NCBI GenBank assembly: GCA_016748015.1
Contig: JAAOMT010000040.1
Location: 434,001-498,000, forward strand
Direction of reading: 5' to 3'
Origin: Geosiphon pyriformis uo1
Taxonomy: Eukaryota > Fungi > Glomeromycota
DNA: 64,000 nt
Of the stretch, positions 43,044 to 56,126 are shown in pieces. The translations under genes were made by a program, and so were the position numbers. The notes beneath the pieces are model-generated. The model saw only the letters and a list, made by a program, of their open reading frames with translations. It had not been told where the DNA came from and made no database searches. The first letter of the stretch is position 1; the number at the start of each line of letters is the position of its first letter.

Positions 43044-45579
43044 TTCTTGTCTTGATTTTATTGTTGTTTACTAACTCTATTGAGAATTAATGCACGGGGT
43101 ACTGACATCAGGATAAACGTGACTGGTAAAAGACCCAGAAATAAGGGTAGAACATTTGATTGAGGATAGCTTACCAGGAGGAATACCAGTCATCAAGCTG
43201 AGAAAAAAATTGATGAAACTGCAGTTTTGGGAAGCTACGGATAAAACTATTACCATTGAATCTCTGTCCATTATACAAAGAACTCAACCAAATCCTTCGG
43301 ATACAAACCTTTCAGACACAAATCTTCAGATTACTATCAATTGCAACTAGATTTGAGCACCAAGTTATGGATTTGTTATTTAATCCAACACCAGAAATAG
43401 TCATCTGTAATATTTGGTGCTTCCTGTGAAATATAATCCTACAGAGAACTAGTACCAACACAAATCTAAAAGTGGCAAAATCAGAAAACATAAGAGCAAA
43501 CCATCTAGGATTCACGAAATTCTTATTTCAACACTACTGTCAACATTTGGGATTAAATCACAACCACATATCAGCAGAATCAGCTTTCAATTTCTACGTC
43601 AATGAAAAAATTGCCTATCTGTTAGGAACACTAGTAAATATTGAATCAGCAAGAGAAGTCTTTTACAGTGAATTAATTCAAAATACCAATCTGCCAACAA
43701 ATCACAATTTTGTCTCCATCATCATGGAAATTAACAAAAAAATTGAACACCACACACAACAAAAATACTCCATTACTTATGCGAGCAAAGGCAAAGGAAA
43801 ACTGCAAACACTAGCAGTAACACCCAAAAGAATACAACCACCTACTTGGAAGAAAACAAGAGTTAAGTCCCCAACTAATCCATCATACCACTATACACCC
43901 GGAAGTGCCATTAATATTATATCTACTGGCACAGCCACATCAAACATGACATCAGCATTTGGACAATTCCCATTCCAAAGTAAACAAAAGAAAGCAGAGT
44001 TATTAGAACTATATGATGCATATTTTGAAGGATTTAACTCGCGATCATCAATATTATCAGAACTCTGATTGCCACCATCTCCTCCAGATTTCGGAATTTC
44101 TGATCCATGGGAAGTAACGGAATCAGAAAAAGAGGAAGAAAAAGAAGCTGAAGATCAAGAATTCACTTACCAGAACCTGATTGCTGAAAACCTGGAATTT
44201 GAAACCCCGAATTTTCAAACCCAGCAAAATCTAAACCCAGAAAATCCAGAAATCAAAACTCCAAATATTCAGACACCACCAACTCAGGATAATCAAAATC
44301 CCAATTTAATAAATCAACAAAACTTACCTCCAGTAATTATTATCAATCAACTACCAATTAATCCAATAGCTGAACCCATACAACTGCCACTTCAACTATC
44401 ACCCCAACAACCTATGCAACAACAACCATTTTAACTACCACCACAACAACTCAACTTAGATCCAATGGCCTACGCACCAATTGCAAAACTTGACAATTTT
44501 ATCAGCAAAGAAAATGACACCCAAATATGGCTCAACAATATTGAAAAAGCCATAGTGGCCAACGAATGGAATGATGATAAAGCCCTTCAAGTGATCCCCT
44601 ATTTTCTCAAAGATACCGCCAACTTGTAGTATTAGAGTCTAGCCACCAAACCAATAAAAAAGCTGTCATATATACTTCTCAAATGCAAGGACTGTGAGAA
44701 GAAACTGTTCTCAATGGGAGTTTGGGTAGTGCTAGACAAAGACTACTGGACACGAATTCATTACTATTGCAAGCCCTGCCATAGGAAACAATATGGCTAC
44801 CCAAAAAGACAAAGCAAGTGAGACAACAAATCATGTCTCACTTGCAGCAAACAATTACTCAACAAAGGAATGTGAAACAACATTTCTGGTCAAAAAGGAA
44901 TGTGTGACATTTTATGCCAATACACAATCCTCATCAATGACTGGGTAAGTCATGGTATGCTCATCACAGCAGCATGGCACTGAGCTATATCCTGCTTAGA
45001 TGGCTATCTACATGATGAGGACAAGATTTGGCAAATAGTCAATGTCAAAGTAGAAGGCACTTTATCCAGTAAAATTCTGAAGATCAAGAATAACCCTTCA
45101 GAACCAACAGACATTGTTTTGGTTCTCAACCCAGACACTTTCATCAACTTAGAAAACAGCCCAGAAGAATTCCATAAACACTATCAGAATCTAGCACCCA
45201 CAAGAGAAAAGCAAAAACAATGCTTGGAAGAAATCAACACCCAATTATGTGACCACTGTTTGATTCCATGTGACTTCCAATTCTGTGATGATTGTAACCT
45301 TATCTACAATCCACTACCACGCATGATCTACATGATCCCTGAAAAAAAAAAACCAATTAACAGCTGCACATCAGAATTGGAATCGAGTTCCAATCCCGAT
45401 TCAAACTTCGATAACAACAATAATGAAAATAACAGTTCCAACTCCATTCAAAATGGCTATAACAATGACAATAATTCCAACTCAAATTCAAACTCTGATT
45501 CAAACTATGAACAATATATTGCACTCTCTGACCTCACCAAAAAGCAAGAACTGAAATGGTTCAGTGATAATGATGAAGG

Positions 45580-45980
45580 TATTATGCCAGAATGTGTGCA
45601 TAATATTGATGCAGAATTTGATCTGAGATATCCAGGAAAAGATGCCATCAAATTAGAACCTCATTTGCGCACTTGCATCAATCTGAAAATAGCACTGGAA
45701 ATTCTAGCAACAACAATAGTTCAATTAGCATTTAGGAGTAGTTTAGCAAAAAAGTGAATAAACATCAGAGGAGAAATAATTGATGCAGGATATGTGGAAA
45801 ATATTATTGCTATGCTACAAAATGACTCAGAAAAGGCCTATGTTATAGAGCCAAATGAAAGGATAGCACAGGCAATATTCCTGTCTCTGGTAAAAATAGC
45901 TCAGTTAATTTCAGTGGAAAATAGAAAAGAATTAGGAATAACAGCAAGAGGGATACAGAGATTTGGATCAACAGGTAGAA
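45580..45980 (+). pseudogene. Retroelement-encoded dUTPase domain (family B)
   Basis: DAEFDLRYPG, RSSLAKK, IIDAGY, ERIAQAI, RGIQRFGSTG. Confidence 0.88.
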
Positions 45981-48082
45981 TAGATGTACCAGTCAATATG
46001 GTGAAGGAAGAAATTATTGGCCAAGGAAAAATTATCTCAACTGGTTAAACAATGTCCATTCCACCATATAGCCAATACATGTTAGCAATAGAAAGAAAAA
46101 AAAAGGAGCAAGAACAGATTTTTGAAGCAGAAGCAACCCTTTGTGAATTAGGAAAAATTGGACTTATCAATCTATACATATTAGCCAAAAGCCATAACCA
46201 TATCAAAATTTCCATCTACAACAACACTGAAAATGTTGTAAAAATACCAAAAGAAACCACTCTTGAATATTTAACCATGGAAATTAAAGATCAAGCACCA
46301 AGCAGCATTCCAGATTTTCTACAGCTTTGTGGATATGTAGACATTACATCACAAACCATCTATGGATGAAATGAATGTTATCTGTTACAGCCAGAACAAT
46401 TGAAACAGATAAACATAGGAAATCTAAACACACTTTAACAGATGCAACTAAAGATGTTACTCAATAATTTCAATGATATCTTCACCAGTAAAAACAAATT
46501 TGGCAGAACTGATATTATTCAGCATCAGATCAAAACTGGAGATACAATGCCAATCAAACAGTGAGCATATAGGGTACTACCAGCCAGCCATGAAATTATC
46601 TGTCAAGAGATTAACCGAATGCTTGACAACAGGTTAATTCAGCCATCAATGAGCCCATAGTTGTCACCAGTAGTACTCATTTGTAAAAAGAATGGAAAAA
46701 TTTAATTTTGTGTAGACTACAAGAAACTCAATAGTGTAACTCGTGGAGACAGCTATCCAACTCTACAGATACAAGAACTATTCGACACTTTTGGTGGAAA
46801 CAAATGGTTCTCATTGTTAGACTTAGATAGTGGTTATTGGCAAGTAGCCATGGATTCAGCTGACAAAGAAAAAATGGCATTCACCATAAGAGAAGGAAAC
46901 TTTGAGTTTGAAGTTATGCTATTTGGCTTAACCAATGCTCCAGCTACATTTCAATGGCTAATGGAAATCGTGTATATCGGTTTATTGTGAAAATCAGTAG
47001 TTGTATACTTAAATAACACCAATGTGTTCTTAAAAACATTCGATAATTATCTATGTCATCTTCAACAAGTGTTCGAAAGACTATGACGAGTAGGATTAAA
47101 ATTGAATACAACAAAGTGTTTTTTTGGCAAAACAGAACTAAAATTCTTGAGACACATAGTTTGCAAAGATGGCATAAAAACAGATCTGGAGAAAATAGAG
47201 ATAGTAAAAACTTTCCAATACCAACCAATGTAACTAAGCTGAAATCATTCTTGGGATTCGTGAGCTATTATAGACACTTCATAAAGAACTTTTCAAAAAT
47301 AGTACAACCACTCAATGATCTTCAAACCAAAAATACAAAGTATGAATGAACTGAAACCCAGCAAGAAGCATTTAACATCTTAAGAAGAAAGCTTATTCAA
47401 GCTCTAATATTGATCTATCCAGATCATAGTAAACCATTCATTATCATTACTGATGCATCAGGTCAAGCATTGGAAGCAGTATTATCTCAGAGAGAATTGG
47501 ATAAAAAAGAACATCCAGTTGCATATGTCAGCCGAGGTTTGACTCCAGCTGAAAAGAACTATGGAACACTAGAATTAAAACATCTAGCAATCTATTGGGC
47601 AGTTATGAAATGGAAAGAATACTTGAACCAAAAGTTTGAGGTGTACACAGATCACAAAAGATTGACATCACTCCAAAAACAAGAATTTGGAAACAGAAGA
47701 CAGTCAAGATAAAAAATGGCTCTTTTGACATATACTTATATTATACATTATAAAAAGAGAAAAGACAATGGAAATGCTGACAGTTTGTCATAAATGAGAC
47801 AAATTTAAGAACATTTCAACCCAAAAATATAACAAAACCAAAAACAATACTCACGAAAATATAACAAAAGATAAACACACAAAAATATCAACAACTTCAA
47901 CATTATATAGATATTCAACAGTTAAAGAAGAAATTATCTCAACCAGAACAAAAAAAGATCAAACAACAATCCAAATATTTTATCACTCACCAAAATATAC
48001 TTTATTAGAAAAATAGAAAAAATTCAGATCAACCAACCAGAGTAATTACAAAACCAGAAAAGGAGACAATACTGTTCAATAT

Positions 48083-49068
48083 TGTTACCAGACAAAATTA
48101 GAGATATTATTTAGCATAAAACTATCTTATAATTCTTATCATTAATTAACATATATTATCGTTTCAAATTATCACTTATTATATTAGCAAAGAATGTCCG
48201 AAATTATCATTTAATTAATAATCCAAATTGTACACAACACAAATGTAACCTAATTGCGATGATTAATAATGCAATACCCCGAACTATGTAACATTCAAAA
48301 GTTCGCCAAAATTTATAGAAATTCGCCGAAATAATTGATAGTTCACCGAAATATCTAATAAGTTCACAGAAATAACTTGTAGTTTGCCGAAATGTATCTT
48401 TAGTTCAGCAAAATTGTAGAAAATAGCAAAGTTCAAGTTTATAGAATAGTGTTATGACAAGTTGTATAAAAAAAGAGCTTCTCTCTTTGAGAAAATGTAT
48501 CCTACTTTAGATTTATCTCTTAAAACCGTTCCTATACACACAAAAAGAAATAAATATCAAATAATTCAAAAAACCAAATTCTTTAATTATTGTACTTGGA
48601 AAATCCCCAAAACCCAACTAACATTTCGAAATTGATTAGCTACCAATTTCAGTAAACTGTTAGTGACTCCAGGCCTGGATAGAAAACGTTTCTTTTGACA
48701 AAATTCTATTTCTTTTTACATTTCTTTTATTTTCTTTTTTTTCTTTTATTATTATAATCATTAGGGTAGCCTACAGACGAGATTCCTGTAGAAGAGTTGA
48801 CTTTCACAGCAAAGTAACTACACATTTTTAGTGAGCTTCCAGACGAGCAATTCCTGGGAAAGAGTTGACATTTACTACAACATAACTACACAAAGCAACT
48901 GGCACGGAATTGGCCATTCCACTCATAAGCCCAGCAAGTTCAAATTATAAGAGATAATTTGAAGATAAATTCAGTTACTGGAGGTTCAACCACATCCAGA
49001 AAACGTGAATTCACAGCAAATAAGGATCAACAACATTACAGAAAAGAGACCAAAAACCTCTGGTAACA
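48083..49068 (+). mobile_element. Solo LTR of family A inserted at the start of the family-B integrase
   Basis: TGTTACCAG..CTGGTAACA; flanks atat/acat (4-bp TSD with one C>T); the uninterrupted paralog near 26540 reads TTCAACATGTACTCAG. Confidence 0.92.
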
Positions 49069-50267
49069 ACATGCACTCAGATCCAACTACAGGACATTTT
49101 TATAAAAAAGCAACCATGGAAAGAACCAGAAAGAGATACTATTGGCCATCAATGTATCCAGACATCATCCAATATGTGCAAAATTGTGATGCTTGTCAAA
49201 AAAGAGGAGAAACAAGACCCAGTAAACCATTAAGACCAATCAAAGTGGAACAACCATTTGACTACATTGGAATCGATTTAGTCGGATCATTGACAATTAC
49301 CAGCAGAGGCAACAGATATATTGCAGTAGCCATAAACTATCTTATTAAATGGCCAGAAACCAAAGCAATTCAAAAAGCAGATGCAGAATCCATTGCTGAA
49401 TTCATTCATTAAGATCTGATTTGTCGACATGGATGTTCAAAAAAACTATTATCAGACCAAGAAACCCATTTTGTGAATAGAACATTAGCAAAACTAAGCC
49501 AAAGATTCAGAATTAAGAGACCACTATCATCACCATACCATCCACAAACCAATGAATTAGTTGAAAGATTTATTAAAACATTGTGTGAAGTAATAGCAAA
49601 ACTCAGCCAAAAAAACCAGGATGAATGGAATTTGTTCATATCATTAGTATTATTTACTTATCAGACAATAAAGCAAGACATTACACAAAGAACATCATTT
49701 GAATTGATATATGGTAAAACAGCAACATTACCAGTTGAGATAGAGGTTAACACATATCCAACTAAACCAATAACAGAAGAAAATTTCCAAGAAACATTGT
49801 TAAGAAGAACATATGACTTAATGGAAACATTGAAAAACAAACAAAAAAGAGCAGCTAATAACATACAAAAGTCACAAGAGAAACAGAAAAAAAGACATGA
49901 TAATCAACTACCAGACAAACCAGTTGAATTTAAGATTAGAGACAAAGTACTTTTACATCGTACCAAAGTGGAAAAACAATGGAGTGGAAAATTTGAGCCC
50001 AAATGGGATGGACCATTTTACATAGAAGAAATTCTAGGGAATAAAGCTTACAAATTAAGACTGAATAACAAAATTTTAATCAAAGCAGCACATAGAGATC
50101 AACTGAAATCATACCACAATATCACACCACCATCTACCAGTAATATTCCACAATTAGGAGTACAAAAGATACTAGTCTAATCAGAGAAAATTCCACGAGA
50201 TCTGGAAACAATTATCATCATTGACAACAACATATTAAATTAATCCATCAAAAGAATATATAAAAAC

Positions 50268-50926
50268 ATGGTAGATGCAACAAGAAATATCAGAAAAATG
50301 GAAATTACAGACAATATCTACTTACTAGCACAACAACTTTTTCAATTGATTCAATACCAAGAAATGGAAATTACAATTAATTAACAAATCATCTGATATC
50401 AAGACACTAGAAAGACATCACCACATAGAACATAAAAGAAAACAGAAAATACTGTTGACAAAATTATTGTGAAAGTAAAATTAGCAATAAAAGAGTTGAC
50501 AAAAGAGTTACTATATCAAGAGTTGACTAAAAAAACTTGGAATTAGTGGATACAACAATTTCCAAAAAACTATTGTTATTTTTACTTAGGACAACACGTG
50601 AATATCCAAAATTTATATACGAATAAAATAAAATGATTATTCAACACAAGAATACTACAACAATTAGAATATTTTATGAGAAAGAACAACTTATCCACAT
50701 AGGCCCAAGCCATATACCAAATACACACAGCATTTCAGGATTAACCAGAAATTTTACTTAATAAAGCAATGGATATGGTTACCAGTAATCAATTAGGAAA
50801 GATTACTAATACTCAATTTGAAAAATTACAGACTCAAATAACACAAGTAATTCTTGAAAATGAAATTCAGAAAATACTTCAAGAAGGAGAATTAACAGAA
50901 TTAGATTTTAACAGAGCTCAATATTA
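50268..50926 (+). pseudogene. Family B extra 3' ORF (decayed); second copy at 25344-24691 on the minus strand
   Basis: MVDATRNIRKMEI..NYCYFYLGQHV..NQLGKITNTQFEKLQTQITQVIL, with nonsense changes. Confidence 0.7.
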
Positions 50927-52571
50927 AAAGAAGGAAATAATGTTACTCATAGAAATATAGAAAATATATATTAGCATAGTTATTAACCAATCAGAAGTAG
51001 ACGTAGTAAAATGTGGAATTCTAGAATTCCTTTTAGGAATTGCAAAATTCTAAGAATTACAGGATTCTCACAAAGAATCGCAGGATTCCAGAATTCCAGA
51101 ATTCCTTTCAAAAAAATTGCAGGATTCCAGGAATCCCAGAATTCCTGTTGTGAAGAATTGAGGAATTGAGGAATCTTAATTATGTATATATAGCAGTAGG
51201 ATTAGAAGCTAAAAAAACAGATCTCTCAGTTTAGATTTCATCTAGACAACTTTCCAAATCACAAATAAATAACTGTTTGTTATCTCAAATCCACTGCTAT
51301 TATTAACACTTTATGTTGATAGTAATTGATACTTAACCACACTGAAACAATAGCTCTTGATCATGGCTATTGATGGAATACTAACTTGCAAATCACCTTG
51401 GCTTATTTCTTTTCTTTCTTTATTTTCTTTTCTTTTCTTTATTTTTTGCTTTGATTTTATTGTTGTTTACTAACTCTATTAAGAATTAACGTGTGGGGTA
51501 CTGACGTCAAGATAAATGTGACTGATAAAAGACCCAAAAATAAGAGTAGAATACTTGATTGAGAATAGCTTACCAGAAAAAATACCAGCCATCAAGCTGA
51601 GAAAGAAATTGACGAAACTGCGGTTTTGGGAAGCTACAAATAAAACTATTACCATTGAATCTCTGTCCATTATACAAAAAACTCAACCAAACCCTTCAGA
51701 TACAAATCTTTCAGACACAAACCTTCAAATTACTATCAATTGCAACTAGATTTGAGCACCAAGTTATGGGTTTGTTATTTAATTCAACACCAGAAATAGT
51801 TATCTGTAACACTATGTTTTGTGAAAACTGTTTTCTATATTAAGACTTCTGCTCTTTCTGATCTTTTTAAGTTTTTTATTTTGATAGCTTTAGTGTTCTC
51901 TTCTGTAGCTGTTAATAATACTTTGGTTTCCTCTTAGTTAGTCTCTCTGGAAGCTAATTTGGTCAAGCTTTTTGTTTTGGTTGAGTTTATTGTTAAGCTG
52001 GTTGGTTCTTTGGTCAAAGTGTTCGAACATTTTATTAATAGAAATTTAGTTTTAAGTAGTATTCTTGGTCTTAAAATTAATAAGATTTTGATACATATGG
52101 GTTTTTTTTAGTAAGACTGTTAATAAGCTGAAAAAAGAAATAGTTTCTTTAAAAAAGAGTGTTACATGAAAAATATTAATATATCTGGTAATTTAGAGCA
52201 TCTAATTGGCATAAATAATAATACATTTTCCAACTTAATGTCTTTTTAAGCTCATAAGCCTGTTCATATCAAAACTAATCTCTTGAAAATAGCCAAATAG
52301 CTGGTTGAATTGGTTTCTAGTAGTGTTATTTTGTTTAATATTGTTTAAAAGATGTTATATTTGGTAAGTTTTCTTTTATTGCATTAATATAGTTTAGTCT
52401 AAATTGGCTTGAGTAGTTAGTTATATATAAAAAATGTATGAACTACATTTAATCCTAAGATACTTAATTTGTTCTTAATTTCTAATTAGTAGTTGGGTTT
52501 TATTCATTAAATTTTAATAAAAAATAAATAAATAAATATAATTTATGTTTTTATTTTTTAATATATAAGTC

Positions 52572-54868
52572 TTTTTTTTATTAAAGTTTAATGAACGAGA
52601 CCCAAAAGCCATTTAGTATAATATATTAACATAAGTAATCTAAACTAAGTGCTAATCATGTATTTTCTATATATAACCAGTCACTTGGACTAGTCAAGAA
52701 CATACTATGCTAATGTTACAGAAGAAAACTTATCCAAAGATGACATCTTTTGAATAACAAAAAACAAAGTTGTATTGCAAAAAACTAATCCAACTAATTA
52801 TTTAACAGTTTTAAAGGGATCAGTTTTAATATCAACAGACTTATGTTCTCAAAGGAACATCAAATTGGAAAACACCTTATCACTTATAACAAGTGGAAGC
52901 TCTGAGTCATCAGACATATCAATGTCTTTCATGCAGCATTTTTTTTCAAAAAAACCACTTCCCTCTCCAACTTATCAATTATTTTACTAAAAAAACCCAT
53001 ATGCACTAAAACTTCATTAACCTTAAGACCAAGTTTACTACTTAAAACCAAATCTTTATTAATGAATTGTTCAAACACTTTGACCAAAGAGCCAATAAAC
53101 TTAACAATAGACTTCACCAGAGCAGAAAACTTGCCCAAATCAAATTTCAAAGAGGTCAACCAAGTAGACAATAAAAAATTGTCAAACAACCACAGAAGAA
53201 AAAGCAGAAGCAATCAACAAAGGAAACTCAGAAAGCTTGAGAGAAGAAAAGGCTTTAGCATATAATACAGAATCCACAAAATGTGATTTAAACAACTTGG
53301 GAATCTTGGAAGGAGAAAGTGGAGAAACCTTACAGTTTGCAGCCAAATGACCTAACTCTTAACACTTAAAACAATGCTGACAACCAAAAATTTCTTATTA
53401 AATATGGCACTTTCTCAGTGTACCAGTTTTAACAACAGCAGAATTTAAATTAGCTTGAAAATTAAATATAACCAAAGCAAACCAGAAATGACAACCAGAA
53501 TCAGAAGACCAAGAAATAAAACATGTCTGATCACCAACCTGAGAGATCATATTACTAATTTTAAAGGCAGTACAGCCAGAAAGAAGATTGACCAACTTGG
53601 TCTTAAACCTATCATGAAACAAAATAGTCTCATTTTGATTTATCAGAGGAAGGATTTTAACACTATTTTTGCTCATTAAAACCAACTAATAATTCAAAGC
53701 AAACATAGCAGAGTCCAACTTTTCAAAATAAACTATTACATATTGCCAAATGTCAGCAGGCTTCAGTACAATATAAGTAACACTACCAAACACACCAAGA
53801 GCTGTCTTAATATCAGTAGCAGACATACTTAAGGGCATATCACATAGTGCAACAACAGCAAAAGGAGGACCAGATTCAGAAACCACCAAAGACTTGGCAA
53901 TTTTAAGGGTGGCCAAATGTACAGAATTTGTAAGTTCAACCAAAAATACAGCTTTTAAAAACATTTAAGAAGCAAATTCCATACAAAACAGTTTCATATT
54001 GTCTTTTAATACTGATTTTACATTCAAAAAACCATGTATTGATTGAAAAACAGTTTTATAATAAACTAATTTAATCTTAAAAGTAGCACCAGGCACCAAA
54101 ATAGAGGCCACACACTTAGCAAATTTTTGATAACTAATAATAGTTTTCCAAGCACTATCAGCAACAGCACCAGAAACCAGAGAAGAAGATGATTCAGTTT
54201 CTATCTGATCAGCCCAGTTCTTAAAAACAGATAATCCAACAGAAAATGATTGCTTTGTTTCTAAAACTGGCAATGATTTGCTAAAAGACACCACATTTGG
54301 CAACACAGTCAGTAGTTGATCTTTACCCATTTTGGATGATGTGCTGAATAATACTATGGAGATCTCATCTAAGATCTCATTGGAAACTACAAAGGAGTTC
54401 GGTGTAACAATAGCAGAGACAAGTAACTGTTCCCACTTTTCTGAACTTTTGGTCTTTTTGATTATTTTTTTTGAAGAAGTAGTGCTAGCAACATCAGGTG
54501 TTAAAACAAGAAAGAGAAAGACCAGCTTGTTTACAGATCTATTATTAAAAACTTTTGGGCTCTTAGTTGGAGTAGAAACAATACTGAAACTAATCCAAGT
54601 GTGTCTTTTTAAGAGAACTTTGACTAATAAAAAACCAGCCAAAGATGAGAAAATTGCTTTAATAGCTACTAAAGACAGCTTTTTATGATTACTAAGTAAA
54701 AAGAAGGCTTCTAAAACATTCTGTCTGGTTGCTTTTACAACAAAAAAAGCTTTTCTGGTTGAAATTTTATTAGATATCTTAGAAAAAATATCAAATACAG
54801 CTTTTTTACTCTTTGCTCTAGTCATGATCATAAAATTAAGAAGACAAAAAGTCTTTTTTCCTTTTTTT
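52572..54868 (-). mobile_element. ORF1-only LINE-like element (family Y) copy 2, full length
   Basis: MIMTRAKSKK start, RRM-like segments, CFKC..GHLAANC knuckle, coiled-coil end, LINE-X-like 3' UTR, poly(A); no EN or RT sequence. Confidence 0.8.
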
Positions 54869-56126
54869 ATTAGTCTAATTATTATTTAATATAATATGTT
54901 AAATTAGATAATTTAAATTAAATATAATTTATGTATTTTTTATATATTATTAAATATAAATCTAATTTAAAATATTTTATGCATATATATAACTAATAAA
55001 TTATTATTATTAATAATTATACTATTTATTTATTTAAGAATATTTATATTATTAATTTTAATATTTTATTTTATAACTTTAATAATATTATAACTTATTT
55101 TATTTAAAGCTTTATTTAAAACAAAAATTTTATCTTAAATAGTCTTAATTATATCTTTTAGTTTTTTATACAAAACAAAAAAAAATTAAGTAATATATTA
55201 ACTAAAATAACCAAAATATTAATCAATTTAATAATAAATTTAATTAACAAAGCCAAACCAATCAATTTAAATTCCAAAAAAATCAAATAAAAAATAATTA
55301 TAAAATTAATAATAATAATAACAAAAACAATAAAAAAAAGAACAATAAAAAAACCAATAAGATAAAAGTTTTAGTATAAAATTTAATATTAATAAAATAA
55401 GATTTAAAAATTTTAGAATTACTTATAAATTTAAATAAAAACTTAAAAAAAAAGATAAAAACATTTTGTAATTTGTAACCAAATAATTTAAATTTTAATA
55501 TTTAAAGTAATATTAATACTTAAAAGTTTTTTATTAGATATAATATTTTCTTAATATATTAATTTTAACAAAAACATTCATCTGCTTTTAAACCAAAAGT
55601 AATAATAACAAACTGCAATTATTAAATGAAATTAGTAAAATAAAAAATAAAACAAATATAGTTATTAACTTAAAAATTTAAATTACTAATTTTGAAAACA
55701 ATATAATCAAAAAAAATTGATTAACTTGATTTTAAAAATATTATAAAACAAAATAGTTTTTCTTTAATTAAAAAAAATTAAAATATTATTTTTTTTGTTA
55801 AATGTGCTAGCAATATAATAAACAAATCAATTAAAAGATTTAATTGACTTTGAGCATCAGATTTTTATGGATTTGGCACTGATAATATTTAATATAATTT
55901 TAAGCGCGCAAATTGGTCTTTTATGGGCTCCAGGATTTAAGAAGTGATATTCCCGATTAATATTTAAATTCAGAAGTTCCGTAGCTGACTCTAGCAAATA
56001 TGTCTATAATCAAAATAGACTAGAGTCCTATTTTTCCCAATCCAATCATGGTAAAAAAGCAATTAGTATCTTGACTCATCAAAACAAATATCCATGAGGT
56101 AAATTACCTTAGACTATCAATTGATG

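Larger units (their letters stand above)
42537..51811 (+). mobile_element. Gypsy family B element: 5' LTR 42537-43412, PBS, gag (internally deleted), Cys-rich, dUTPase, RT, RH, IN, 3' ORF, PPT, 3' LTR 50941-51811
   Basis: Near-identical LTRs; PBS TTTGGTGCTTCC; FCVDYKKLN, LDLDSGYWQV, FGLTNAPATFQ, YLNN (YLDD decayed), TDASG, IGIDLVG, KWDGPF; flanks tcat/ctat compatible with a mutated CCAT 4-bp TSD. Confidence 0.93.
40959..52535 (+). mobile_element. ORF1-only LINE-like element (family Y) copy 1: 40959-42536 plus 51812-52535, split by a Gypsy B insertion
   Basis: Colinear with the 52572-54868 copy; frame continues across the Gypsy insertion; 3' UTR similar to LINE X; A-rich tail. Confidence 0.8.

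Noticed and set aside
43077-43350. Small ORFs repeated in all B LTRs on both strands (for example MDRDS...)
   Set aside because: Recurrence is explained by LTR homology; only the frame continuous with gag was kept as a finding
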